20,000 nucleotides of DNA from an uncultured virus (IMG/VR IMGVR_UViG_2061766007_000557) (IMGVR_UViG_2061766007_000557); one strand, 5' to 3'; counted from the stretch's first letter, positions 9,093-18,871 are shown. Notes: a model not told the origin generated them from the letters alone. Translations and numbers: made by a program.

Positions 9093-10021
9093 AATCCTAA
9101 TTTATTTTGTTTTAAATTAAGATAATTTTTACATTCAGTAGGATTTTTAATTTGTTCAACAACATCATCAATATTTTTACCCATAACTGCTGTAGATATA
9201 AATACTTCTTTTAGTTCAGCAAATGAAAAACCTTCTGTTTTATTAGAATATTCTTCTAATAAATCATCATTAATACCTTTTTTCTTTAAGTATTCTTTAC
9301 GTATTGATTTATTAGGAACATCTAATACAAAATGCATATCTATTCTAGAAGGTCTTAATAATGCATCAGATAATTCAGAAGTATTATTTGATGTCATTAA
9401 TACAAGATGGTGTTCTACTGAATTTTTTCCATCAAGAAAATCTAAAAATTGAGAATCATCTCCATTGTTAGCTTCTATTAATTTATCAATATCTTCAATA
9501 ATTGTAATAATCGGACGTTCTTGTTCAATTTTTCTAATAACAGGATTTAAAGAATCAAATAATATATTAAAATCTTTAAGATTATTTACTAGAAAAATAA
9601 GTCCATCATTATCAAGTAATTGTTTTATCAATAAACTTATTATTGCACTTTTACCTGTGCCTGGTCTACCAGATAATAAAATTCCTCTTTTATGTGAAAT
9701 ATTGTGTTGTTTATATACATCTTTCTTATTCCAAAAATCATTTACTTCGTTTAGTATCTTAGTAGTATAACTTTCAGAAAATGTAAATAATTCATCAGTA
9801 TTAATATTTGAAGGAATAACTTTATATTCTTCACGAGAATAAGTTACTTTATAAACACCAGATGGAATTTTATCACAAGTTTTTAAATTAACTGCAGGAA
9901 CATATTCAGATCCATAATCAAGCCAAGTAGCATACTTAATTTCTGATAAATCTTTTTTTGCTTCAACAGTTTCTATGATATCTATTAAAGGTAAAGTTTC
10001 TAAATCTTCTTCTGTATACAT
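9089..10021 (-). CDS. AAA+ ATPase (classical clade)
   Basis: RGILLSGRPGTGKS Walker A, IIEDID Walker B, FLDG, TSN, LLRPSRID second region of homology, GFSFAELKE. Confidence 0.9.
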   Translation of the reverse strand: MYTEEDLETLPLIDIIETVEAKKDLSEIKYATWLDYGSEYVPAVNLKTCDKIPSGVYKVTYSREEYKVIPSNINTDELFTFSESYTTKILNEVNDFWNKKDVYKQHNISHKRGILLSGRPGTGKSAIISLLIKQLLDNDGLIFLVNNLKDFNILFDSLNPVIRKIEQERPIITIIEDIDKLIEANNGDDSQFLDFLDGKNSVEHHLVLMTSNNTSELSDALLRPSRIDMHFVLDVPNKSIRKEYLKKKGINDDLLEEYSNKTEGFSFAELKEVFISTAVMGKNIDDVVEQIKNPTECKNYLNLKQNKLGL

Positions 10022-10022
10022 A

Positions 10023-10415
10023 TTAAAATGGAAGCCATCCTGAAATTAATTCTTTAATTCGATCTTTAACCTCTGAGGAATTAGAATAGTTAGATGGCTT
10101 TTCTATATCATTTGTTCCCCAAATAAGATCATCACATACTATACTTAGTCCAGACAAATAATCATTGTCTGCTTCTTCTAAAGACATTCCTACAAGTATA
10201 TATTTATATAATACGTCATAGGAATTCTTAAAAGTTTCTGGCACTCTTTTCTTCAATTGTTGAGTTAAATAAGCAAGTAATGTTAATAACTCAATTTTAT
10301 TACTAAAACTTTGAGAAGTATTAGTCTTTGAAGAAAAATACGAACTATATAAAAATCGTTTCGTATCTAAGTTTATATTATTTAAATCAATTGTCCCACT
10401 CGACTGTTTGCTCAT
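10023..10415 (-). CDS. Hypothetical protein
   Basis: ORF-track frame. Probable start MSKQ at 10415, giving a short overlap with the upstream nuclease. Confidence 0.7.
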   Translation of the reverse strand: MSKQSSGTIDLNNINLDTKRFLYSSYFSSKTNTSQSFSNKIELLTLLAYLTQQLKKRVPETFKNSYDVLYKYILVGMSLEEADNDYLSGLSIVCDDLIWGTNDIEKPSNYSNSSEVKDRIKELISGWLPF

Positions 10416-11445
10416 ATCCGTATAACTCATGAAAAGCAACCCTACAAATTAATTCTTTAAATTCTTTTGCTCCATATTGAATATAAGAATTATTTATAGG
10501 AAATACTTTTGATTTATTATTACCAGTAGTTTCAACTACAATAACATTACATTTATAATTATAATCAGTTAATCCTAATACTTGTTCGCAATACATTTGT
10601 AACATCATCAAATATACAGAAAATTGTCTCATATAATGTAATTTTTGCATACTACCATTATACCAAGATCCTTCATATATACCTCCCATAAATGTTTCAC
10701 AAGGTTTAGATGTAGTTTTTAAATCATTTAAATAAATTATTTTATTTTCATGATCAATTATTATACTATCCGCTTTTCCTTTAAATGGAAGTGTAATTTT
10801 ACCACCATTTGATAATGTTACATCCAGATCAACAAAGAAAGCAAATTCATTAAGAAATTGTTTAGGAATTAATAAACTTGGAGCTAATAATTCTTTAACA
10901 TCTTTATTTGTATTCAATGAATGTAATGCAATTTTACAAGTATCAAGTTGTGATTTTGGTAAAACACGAACTACTTTTTTAGGATTATAAAATTTATTAT
11001 TTACTAACTTTAAATAATAGTCTAGTCCATCTTTTACAACAGATCTAAATCTATTTAAAGTCATTTTTCCAGAATAATAATCTGCTTTAGAGGAAGCAAG
11101 ATCAATTGATTCTTGAATAGTTTTACCTTGTTTTCTAAATTTATAAAAACAATCTATAAAATATCCTTTTTTAGCAGATGGTTTTCCTTCATAATCACTA
11201 AGTTCATATTCATCAGAACTTAAAAATTGTTCATGAATACTTGAACCTAACTCAAGCGAAACATCATATTTAAATGGTATTCCGTTGGTATATTTTTCTG
11301 GTGAACCATCTTCTAGTGGATCTATATATTTTAATTTAGAATTACTTATTCCTGGACTTTTGAAATAAATTTCATCGGATATTTTTGCTCCTTTTATATT
11401 TAAAAATTCAACTGAACATTGATTTGCATTCAACTTTATTCCCAT
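10387..11445 (-). CDS. PD-(D/E)XK nuclease (DUF3799/RecE-like exonuclease)
   Basis: ISNSKL, LGSSIH, FKGKAD...LNDLKTT, YMRQFSVY. Confidence 0.82.
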   Translation of the reverse strand: MGIKLNANQCSVEFLNIKGAKISDEIYFKSPGISNSKLKYIDPLEDGSPEKYTNGIPFKYDVSLELGSSIHEQFLSSDEYELSDYEGKPSAKKGYFIDCFYKFRKQGKTIQESIDLASSKADYYSGKMTLNRFRSVVKDGLDYYLKLVNNKFYNPKKVVRVLPKSQLDTCKIALHSLNTNKDVKELLAPSLLIPKQFLNEFAFFVDLDVTLSNGGKITLPFKGKADSIIIDHENKIIYLNDLKTTSKPCETFMGGIYEGSWYNGSMQKLHYMRQFSVYLMMLQMYCEQVLGLTDYNYKCNVIVVETTGNNKSKVFPINNSYIQYGAKEFKELICRVAFHELYGYEQTVEWDN

Positions 11446-12422
11446 TTACCATTCATTTTAAGTTGATAATATTTATCTGCAATATCTTGATATTTCAAAC
11501 TATTAACTCTATATTCTGTTTTTATATGTTTATTATGAGGTCGTGTAATTAATAAAGCTGGTAATCCTTTATCTATACATGCCTTAACATTAGAATAAGA
11601 ATCATCTATTAAAATATCACAACGTCCTTTTATATATTTAGCTTTATTAGCAGATTGTAAATATATTTGATAGATAGGTCTTAACGGTAAATTTAATTTT
11701 GAAAAGCAAGATTTTGTATACTCTTTACTGTTTATTCTTTTTGTACAATAAAGCTCAGGAATAAAATCAGGTTTTTCAATTAATTTAAGATTAGACCAAA
11801 ATTCCCTATCATTTCTAAGTTTAACAACTTGTCTTGTAATTTTAGATTCAGTCATTTCAGAAAGTTTACATTTAAATCTTTTTTCATGAGCTCCTCTCCA
11901 ATCAACAAGTGTATCATCTATATCAAGAGCAATTCTTAACTTTTTTCTGCCATAAGATATACTATTTTGAACATACTTACAAAATATTGCTTTCTTAATA
12001 TCATTTTCTAATCGTTCAGGAGTTATAAAAGAAAGTAATTTATTTTGAGCTGCAATTTGATCAGAAGATAAATTAGAATTACTAAAAACTTTATACCTAA
12101 TCAAACATATATTGTTATCTGGACAAAAAACAGTATTTTCCCAATGATCTCGCTTTTTAATGTCTTCAAATTTACAACCATCACCAAAATTTATAGGACG
12201 ACTGTGTTGAATTCCATCAAACTCTATTAGAAATGTTTTACCATTATATACAAATCCAAAATCAGCTCTTCTTAATTTATTATCAAATTTACCAAATTTA
12301 ACTTCTCTATTATAAAAAAAGTTTAATTTATTACTTACTTGTTGTAAAATATTCTCGATATGTTGTTCACCTTTAGTAGAGTTTCCTCCATTGAGTGGTA
12401 ATTTAAAATCGTCAATATTCAT
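11436..12422 (-). CDS. Fusion of an N-terminal DUF559/Vsr-like endonuclease and a C-terminal HAD 5'(3')-deoxyribonucleotidase-like domain
   Basis: N-terminal GEQHI...RADF...LIEFDGIQH...CLIR; C-terminal RIALDIDDTL (DxD), K, LIDDS, RPHN. Confidence 0.8.
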   Translation of the reverse strand: MNIDDFKLPLNGGNSTKGEQHIENILQQVSNKLNFFYNREVKFGKFDNKLRRADFGFVYNGKTFLIEFDGIQHSRPINFGDGCKFEDIKKRDHWENTVFCPDNNICLIRYKVFSNSNLSSDQIAAQNKLLSFITPERLENDIKKAIFCKYVQNSISYGRKKLRIALDIDDTLVDWRGAHEKRFKCKLSEMTESKITRQVVKLRNDREFWSNLKLIEKPDFIPELYCTKRINSKEYTKSCFSKLNLPLRPIYQIYLQSANKAKYIKGRCDILIDDSYSNVKACIDKGLPALLITRPHNKHIKTEYRVNSLKYQDIADKYYQLKMNGKWE

Positions 12423-12832
12423 TAATATAATTTTTTAATTAAACTATAGAAAAAGTCTTTAGGAAGAATTGCATATTCTCCAGCAGAGACTTGTTTCTTT
12501 TCTTTAGCTTCTTGTGCATTCCAAATTATAACAAGAGGTTTATCTTTTTTACCAACTTCAGAATTTATTTTTTTAATGGCAGGAACAGCTTGTGTGCATT
12601 TTATTTGAGTATAAAATGGTAAAATATTATCTGGATCTGCTATATCTATTTTTGCATCATCCAATTTTTTGCTCTCAGATCTAGATGTACATAAATTATC
12701 ATTTCCAGTAATTTCTTTTAACTCAGATACAATGCGTCTTTCGTACGAATTTCCACGACGTTTATTTCTTTTTCCAATAGAAGATTTATCAGAAGATCCA
12801 GAAATGTTTCGTTTCCCTGATTTTTTCATCAT
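12422..12832 (-). CDS. Holliday-junction-resolvase-like PD-(D/E)XK nuclease
   Basis: KRRGNSYERRIV (G..ER helix), KIDI, YTQIK; size typical of the family. Confidence 0.7.
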   Translation of the reverse strand: MMKKSGKRNISGSSDKSSIGKRNKRRGNSYERRIVSELKEITGNDNLCTSRSESKKLDDAKIDIADPDNILPFYTQIKCTQAVPAIKKINSEVGKKDKPLVIIWNAQEAKEKKQVSAGEYAILPKDFFYSLIKKLY

Positions 12833-13832
12833 CAAATATTGTCTTTAATTCATTAATGGACTCGTTATAATCTTGTTTTCCAACATATTTATATAAATCA
12901 GATATATCCTTTGCATATTTTCTTTTTATAAATATACATCTAATAAACGGATACTCTTTTTTATATTTATGAGCACTTTTTATTCCTGGCAAATCATTAT
13001 CTCCTAAATATAATATGTTAGAAGCAAGTTCGTGAATTTTAGACATTTGCCTATTTGATATAAGTATCGTTTCACTACAAGGAGCAATAGCATTAATTTT
13101 AGATTCGTACAAATTCAATAAGTCTTTCATTGATTTTGTTATTATTAATCTATCATTTAAATTGCTTGGTAATTGTTTTGCTCCTTGAATCATTGTACTA
13201 GTCCAATTAGATAAAAATCGATAATCTTTCATTTGTGGAAAATATATTCTCCACAATTCAATACCATCCTTTTTACCACCATAATATCCAAAAATATTAC
13301 TTCTTGCGCTTGATGATTTATAATAATTACCATTTAAAAATACAGATTTACACGAATGAACTTTAAACTTCTTAAGAGTTGACTCATGAATACCAAAAGA
13401 TTCCCACCATTTTAATTCATATGATTTAAATGGTTGATCCTCTATTTGAATAACTGTTTCTAACTTCTCTTCTATTTTAGTATTCGACTGTTTTATTTTA
13501 GTAAGAGGCCTAAGAGAAGTTTTTTCTATAAGTTTAAAATCTTCTGCAATAATTTTTAAAGCATCGTTATATGTACAATTATTTAAATACATTACTACAC
13601 TTATGAAATTACCATGAAATCCTATTCCAAAATCGTGAAATATTAAATCACCTTTTTTATTTCTATAAAAACTAGCAGTTGGTTTGTGATCATTCCTTAA
13701 TGGACTTATAAGGAGTCCTTTTTTAACAGGGACTCCTAAATAAGTACTCATATATGTTTCTTCACTATTTTTACTTAAAAGAAATTCCTTTGTTATTTTT
13801 GGTTCATTTTTAGGAATTTCAAATAAGTTCAT
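12789..13832 (-). CDS. DNA primase (crAss-type, DnaG/TOPRIM-like)
   Basis: Degenerate N-terminal Zn-finger-like region (SPLRNDHKPTASF...FHDFG), TOPRIM-like IITKSMKD and GDNDLPG, AKDISD. Confidence 0.85.
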   Translation of the reverse strand: MNLFEIPKNEPKITKEFLLSKNSEETYMSTYLGVPVKKGLLISPLRNDHKPTASFYRNKKGDLIFHDFGIGFHGNFISVVMYLNNCTYNDALKIIAEDFKLIEKTSLRPLTKIKQSNTKIEEKLETVIQIEDQPFKSYELKWWESFGIHESTLKKFKVHSCKSVFLNGNYYKSSSARSNIFGYYGGKKDGIELWRIYFPQMKDYRFLSNWTSTMIQGAKQLPSNLNDRLIITKSMKDLLNLYESKINAIAPCSETILISNRQMSKIHELASNILYLGDNDLPGIKSAHKYKKEYPFIRCIFIKRKYAKDISDLYKYVGKQDYNESINELKTIFDDEKIRETKHFWIF

Positions 13833-14491
13833 CAAAACGTAAAGTCAATATTTGCAGTTGGTTGTTCCTGAGCAGGCATTTCAAATGTATCAGAAGATGT
13901 TGGTGTTGCTGTTGCAGCATTCTGCATCTTAGTTAATTCCTTACTTGTCCAGAAAATATTATCACCAATAAAGTTAGTAGACATATAAAATCTTCCTTCT
14001 TTGCTGTAATTAGCAAAATACGGAAAAATTGCTTCTCCTTTATTGTTCTTAATTAATTTGATTTTAGTCGTTTTTCCAATACCAGGAGTAGTCGCTTGAA
14101 CCATAAGATTACGCAATCCATCCCAGGTAGAAGCATTCAATTTCTGTTCTCCACTATCAATTTTAGCAGCAAGTGCAGGATTTACAGCATCAATAAGATG
14201 TTTAAATTTATACATCATTGCTTTAAAATTAGATGGTTGCGAACCATAAGGACCTTGTCTATCTTCCATGTCAGCATCAGTAGGTTCCCATATAGTTTCT
14301 GTAAAATATCCATCATTATTAGAGAACTTAATATCTAATACTTTAAATTTCTTTGTTGGATCCTGTTTACCTTCAATATCTCTTGCTTCGCATCCATCAA
14401 ATTTAACTTCATGAATAGCATTACCTTCAAGTTGTTTACGCACACTACTTTGGCTTGAACCAGCGGTCATTCCAAAATCAAAATCCATCAT
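13832..14491 (-). CDS. Putative single-stranded DNA-binding protein
   Basis: Located next to the primase, with a low-complexity A/T/S linker and an acidic/aromatic C-terminal tail (NIDFTF). Confidence 0.55.
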   Translation of the reverse strand: MMDFDFGMTAGSSQSSVRKQLEGNAIHEVKFDGCEARDIEGKQDPTKKFKVLDIKFSNNDGYFTETIWEPTDADMEDRQGPYGSQPSNFKAMMYKFKHLIDAVNPALAAKIDSGEQKLNASTWDGLRNLMVQATTPGIGKTTKIKLIKNNKGEAIFPYFANYSKEGRFYMSTNFIGDNIFWTSKELTKMQNAATATPTSSDTFEMPAQEQPTANIDFTF

Positions 14492-14877
14492 AATTTATAT
14501 TCTTTAAATTTTTCTATATTGTAATTAGTATCTGTAACTATTGATAAGTCTAAATAATTCTCATTTATAGCTTTATCTACATCTGTATATACAACAAATT
14601 CTTGGTCACCTTCTAAAAAGAAAGTGCCAAGATCATCATATAATGTAAATTTTGTACCATATTGTTGTAAAAAATCCCTTTCTTGTCCTTTAAAAATAAA
14701 CGAATTAGATTTAGATAATAAATTACCAGAATTATCCTTTTTAATTACTGGTTTCATATTACCATCTAATTTTCCATAAACTATAGCAATTCTATCTCCA
14801 GGTTTTGCTTCTAAAAGTTTAATTAAATTTTCACTAAGAATTGCTTTTCCTTCTTCTAATATTAAATCGTAATTCAT
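14488..14877 (-). CDS. Hypothetical protein (possible AbrB-like N-terminus)
   Basis: ILSENLIKLLEAKPGDRIAI pattern; ATGA overlaps at both ends. Confidence 0.65.
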   Translation of the reverse strand: MNYDLILEEGKAILSENLIKLLEAKPGDRIAIVYGKLDGNMKPVIKKDNSGNLLSKSNSFIFKGQERDFLQQYGTKFTLYDDLGTFFLEGDQEFVVYTDVDKAINENYLDLSIVTDTNYNIEKFKEYKL

Positions 14878-15623
14878 TTCTTAAGAGACGGGTATATATT
14901 TTCCCAATGAGTTATTAATGTACCGTCGTCTTGTTTTTCAGACAGAAGAATCGTTTTACCTTGAAGATGCTCTGGTCTAGCACTACATATAATAGATGTA
15001 TTGTCTCCAAAATTTACATATACTTTATTTTCTTCTGCATTTCTATATAAAAATCCAATAGCATCAGATTTTGCAGAAAGAATATTTGATATTTTTCCAG
15101 AAAGATCTAATGTTCTAACATTAAGTTCTTCTTTATTATTATCAGTTAAAGTTTTGTCTTTTGTATGACCAACAAGAATTACATTTAATCCTGTACTTTC
15201 AAACCAACCAATAATTTGTTGCATTGCAAGTCTTAAATATAAATATCCTGCTCCATTTGGAAGTTTCAAAATATCAGTAGGATTCTTATATTGAAAGGCT
15301 TTCCCCATTGGAGTGTCGACATATAGCTTACACGCTAATTCGCAAGACATCTCTTCAAGTGCAGTAACTGTATCTAAAGCTACAAATTTAAATTCGTGTT
15401 TTCCTTCTTTTAATTCTTTAGCAATATTATATAAATCGTATATATTGTTAGCTTTTACAATATAACCACTTACATAATTAGATCCATTTTCCATATCAAC
15501 AATCAGACATCCATCTAATTTAGATAATGCAGATGTTTTTCCTCCTTTTGGACTACTGAAAATTATTAGATTTTTAGGATCGTTTGTACTAATAGACGTC
15601 ATTTTTGTAGGAAGTAATCCCAT
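14874..15623 (-). CDS. P-loop ATPase, AAA_24/Sak4-like
   Basis: FSSPKGGKTS Walker A, VDMENG, VALDTVT Walker B, ILVGH, SDAIGFL. Confidence 0.82.
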   Translation of the reverse strand: MGLLPTKMTSISTNDPKNLIIFSSPKGGKTSALSKLDGCLIVDMENGSNYVSGYIVKANNIYDLYNIAKELKEGKHEFKFVALDTVTALEEMSCELACKLYVDTPMGKAFQYKNPTDILKLPNGAGYLYLRLAMQQIIGWFESTGLNVILVGHTKDKTLTDNNKEELNVRTLDLSGKISNILSAKSDAIGFLYRNAEENKVYVNFGDNTSIICSARPEHLQGKTILLSEKQDDGTLITHWENIYPSLKK

Positions 15624-15624
15624 A

Positions 15625-16659
15625 TTAAGTTAATTTTACAAATTGTTCATAATCATTTATATCTTGAGGTAAAGGTAAATCTCTCCAAAGACCTATTTCT
15701 CCAAAGAAATTTAAACCAATATTCTTATCTGCTACACCAAAACGATTTTTTAATAATTGCACTAATCTAAATCTATCACATAACTGTCTAATATCATATC
15801 CTTCACATCTAGGAACTTTTTCTCTAAATGGATGATATATACCGATTACGGTTTCAGCAGCTTGTGTTGGTCCAGAAGAATCACTCAAATCACTCAAATC
15901 AAGTAAATTATTTTGTGAATTTCTTCTATCCATAGATTTAAAATTTCTATTTAATTGTTGAATTACTACTTCAGTAAAATTACATTTATTTCTAAAATGA
16001 ATTAAATAATCACAAGCTTCATCAATTTCTTGTTTAGATGTATGCCCTGTACTTACTGATAGTAATTTAATATGATCAACTACAACTATTAAATATTGTT
16101 CTGGATTTTTTGGAATATAATCAGTTTTTGTATACTCACCAATAGTTTCGCCTTCTTTATATGAACCAAACTTCATGCTCCATTCTTTACATATTGCATA
16201 TAGTCCTTTAGCAGTAACTGGTTTGTCTACAATTTCACATTTAGATTCAAATTCTTTTAACCAATTTTTACTATTTTCTATAAGTTTATAATGATAATCA
16301 GTACATACTTCCCCGAGTGATAATATTTCACTATAGGGAACTACTTCATTATATTCATCATAAATATGTAAAGATAAAAGTTTTGCTAATAAAACTTCAG
16401 CACTCATTTCAAAAGAAAATAATAAGAAATGAATATCTAAATTTTTATTAACCATATATTGTCGAAAAACCGAGTACACATATGTATAAAGAGATAAGAC
16501 AGACTTTCCTCCACCAGAATCTCCAGAAATTACGGTCATCCATCTTCTTTGTACACCATATGTCAACATATCAAGTTTTGGTAAACCTGTTGAAAGTCCA
16601 ACATTTAAACCAGAACGACCTCGTTGAATAGTATTAAATAAACTATCAACAGAACTCAT
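15625..16659 (-). CDS. DnaB-like (SF4) replicative helicase, motor domain only
   Basis: STGLPKLD, GDSGGGKS, FSFEMS, VVDHIKL, QQLNR, DLSDS, LKNRFG. Confidence 0.9.
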   Translation of the reverse strand: MSSVDSLFNTIQRGRSGLNVGLSTGLPKLDMLTYGVQRRWMTVISGDSGGGKSVLSLYTYVYSVFRQYMVNKNLDIHFLLFSFEMSAEVLLAKLLSLHIYDEYNEVVPYSEILSLGEVCTDYHYKLIENSKNWLKEFESKCEIVDKPVTAKGLYAICKEWSMKFGSYKEGETIGEYTKTDYIPKNPEQYLIVVVDHIKLLSVSTGHTSKQEIDEACDYLIHFRNKCNFTEVVIQQLNRNFKSMDRRNSQNNLLDLSDLSDSSGPTQAAETVIGIYHPFREKVPRCEGYDIRQLCDRFRLVQLLKNRFGVADKNIGLNFFGEIGLWRDLPLPQDINDYEQFVKLT

Positions 16660-17279
16660 ACTAGTTCAGATGTTTTAAATTCACCGTGATCACCATCTCT
16701 CATTTGTTGATACATATCCCATTGTCTTTCAGCAATAAACTGACATATTCCATTTTGTATAAGATTGTTATCTCTAGCATAATCAAGAATTTCTAATACT
16801 TCTTGATGTTTTTCAGGATCAAATTTAATAGCTTCTCCATAAGCAAAACACATTTCATCTAAAGATTTATAAAGTTTTGTTATATTTCTTAGACTAAATG
16901 GTCTTCCATTTACATAAGTAAATGCAGGATAACTATCAAACAATTGAATTCCTAATTCTTGAGAATGTTGGATAAATGATTTTGTTACAATTTTATTAAA
17001 ATCAACATCATTAGGATTAAATATTTCACCTTTTTCAGGAATTATATATGATTTATTGATGATGCCTTTATCACGTAGACTCATCAATAGTTCTCTAATT
17101 TCTTTTCCTAATTTGCATTCTCCAAAATATTTATGTAAATATTCTGGATGCTCGTCCTGAGCAAACCAAATTAACTTCATTAAAAATAATTCATCGGAAG
17201 TTAATTGGTATTTAATCATAAAATCAATTTCTCTTTCAATACTTAATTCTAAATTTTTCATAGGCATGAATAATTTCAC
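16656..17279 (-). CDS. Conserved crAss-like protein; putative replication initiator or helicase loader
   Basis: wHTH-like LLMSLRDKGIINKSY; coupled to the DnaB gene by an ATGA overlap. Start is GTG 17279 or ATG 17267/17261. Function inferred from position. Confidence 0.55.
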   Translation of the reverse strand: MKLFMPMKNLELSIEREIDFMIKYQLTSDELFLMKLIWFAQDEHPEYLHKYFGECKLGKEIRELLMSLRDKGIINKSYIIPEKGEIFNPNDVDFNKIVTKSFIQHSQELGIQLFDSYPAFTYVNGRPFSLRNITKLYKSLDEMCFAYGEAIKFDPEKHQEVLEILDYARDNNLIQNGICQFIAERQWDMYQQMRDGDHGEFKTSELV

Positions 17280-17338
17280 AATTACTCATACTAATTATAG
17301 CATTTATTGCGTTTAGTAAGTTACCTGTAATTTAGAAT

Positions 17339-17665
17339 TTAATTAATATTTTTTAAATAATTGTTAATTGCTTTATTTACTATTGTTAAATTTATAACTC
17401 CTCTTGGAAATCTATGTCCAGAAAGAAGTTGAAATCCTAATTTTATTAATTCTATATCATTCGATGATAATAAATTTGAAATTTTATCCCATTCTTCATC
17501 ACTAATTATTGGAAGTTCTGGATCATTTATTTGACTCAGTACTTCATTATATGTTAATCCTTGTTCGTAGAAATATCTACTAGGAATATCAGAAGTTGTA
17601 ATAGTTCCAATAGAATTCATCCAATTATATGTAGATGAAGAACGAGTTGAACAAACAGAACTCAT
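17339..17665 (-). CDS. Hypothetical protein (108 aa)
   Basis: ATGA overlap with the helicase stop. Confidence 0.65.
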   Translation of the reverse strand: MSSVCSTRSSSTYNWMNSIGTITTSDIPSRYFYEQGLTYNEVLSQINDPELPIISDEEWDKISNLLSSNDIELIKLGFQLLSGHRFPRGVINLTIVNKAINNYLKNIN

Positions 17666-18804
17666 TTTCTTAAAAGATCATTATTTATTTTACTTTGTAT
17701 CTTTTCTTTTTTATTTATTAAAGGTCGATTGTTAAGTACTAAATCTAATTCTTGCTCATTTATTTCAATAAAATTCATTTCTTCTGATGCTTTTCTACAC
17801 CATTGTTCCTCAACAGTTCCTTTAATAACTAAAGTAAATATTTCAGCTTCCTTTCCAGGTTCAGCTCTAATTACACGACCAATTTCTTGAATTCGATTAG
17901 TTTTTGACGAACTATAACCAGTAATTATTCCAACACTTAAACCAGGGCAATCAAGACCTTCAATTAGCAATTTACTACTATGAATGCATCCAGCATTACA
18001 ATGTGAAAATTCTTCTAATATTTCTTCGTTTTTCTTTTTAGATTGTTTTGAATGAACAATATATCCAGAATCATAAGCTTTACATTGGTCAATACTAGAA
18101 TTAAACGTAATAATTTTCTTATCAGATCTTGCTTCTATTATTCTTTTAGCAATTTCTATTTTTTTAGGATGATTTGCAACAAAAGATTTTCTGAATTTTA
18201 ATGCATTTTTCCAAGCAAAAGCATGTGCTTTTACTTCTTTTAATGTACAATTCATCATTTTAGCAAGTTTTTGTTGTTCCCATACTGAAGTTACAGCAGT
18301 CATTGCTGTATCAAAGTCATAATTGAAAAAACTAAAATGTTGCATAAATTCAACATTTGCTTTATCATATTCAGTTAAATCAACATTTAATAATACTTTA
18401 TATTCCTTATATGGTGCAAGCCATCCATTTTCAGTAGCTTCTTTTACTGTAATTGTATCACAAACTGGACAAAATCGATCAAGAACTATTTTTTCTCGTC
18501 CATCGAGTCGTTCATAAGTTGCTGTTAGTCCTAAAATAAGTGCAGGACGACAATTATTAAACATTCTAGCCATTTGTTCAGCAGCCGCCTTGTGTATTTC
18601 ATCAATAATTAAAAAATCACATTTAAATGGTTTTCTAGCAGCAGTATTTAATACGATTACTTCAATATCAAGATCCCATTGCTGTTTATCAATAATATTT
18701 TGCCATTGTTTCTGCAAAATCTTTGTAGGAACAATTACTCGTATAGTAAGATTAGGATTTTTTGTTGTTACACGATCAATTGTCATTATAGCTGTATGAG
18801 TTTT
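17662..18804 (-). CDS. SF2 DExH helicase, 3' exon (5' exon lies beyond the window)
   Basis: The frame extends 6 codons upstream of ATG 18786 as KTHTAI, the KT of Walker A. Then VPT, DEIH, GLTAT, EGLD and QEIGRVIR. Confidence 0.88.
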   Translation of the reverse strand, partial: KTHTAIMTIDRVTTKNPNLTIRVIVPTKILQKQWQNIIDKQQWDLDIEVIVLNTAARKPFKCDFLIIDEIHKAAAEQMARMFNNCRPALILGLTATYERLDGREKIVLDRFCPVCDTITVKEATENGWLAPYKEYKVLLNVDLTEYDKANVEFMQHFSFFNYDFDTAMTAVTSVWEQQKLAKMMNCTLKEVKAHAFAWKNALKFRKSFVANHPKKIEIAKRIIEARSDKKIITFNSSIDQCKAYDSGYIVHSKQSKKKNEEILEEFSHCNAGCIHSSKLLIEGLDCPGLSVGIITGYSSSKTNRIQEIGRVIRAEPGKEAEIFTLVIKGTVEEQWCRKASEEMNFIEINEQELDLVLNNRPLINKKEKIQSKINNDLLRK

Positions 18805-18871
18805 CGATTCTGTTATCGTTAGGCTTTTTATCCTAACTTCTTATTATTACTAATAAGTCCCGCGTATATTT

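Noticed and set aside
15881..15900. Tandem repeat TCACTCAAA x2
   Set aside because: It simply encodes DLSDLS within a DnaB motif.
514..18799. Plus-strand ORFs in the track (514, 3009, 4347, 7317, 9465, 14096, 18323, 18590)
   Set aside because: They are antisense shadows of well-supported minus-strand genes, with I/L/S/F-rich composition and no motifs.
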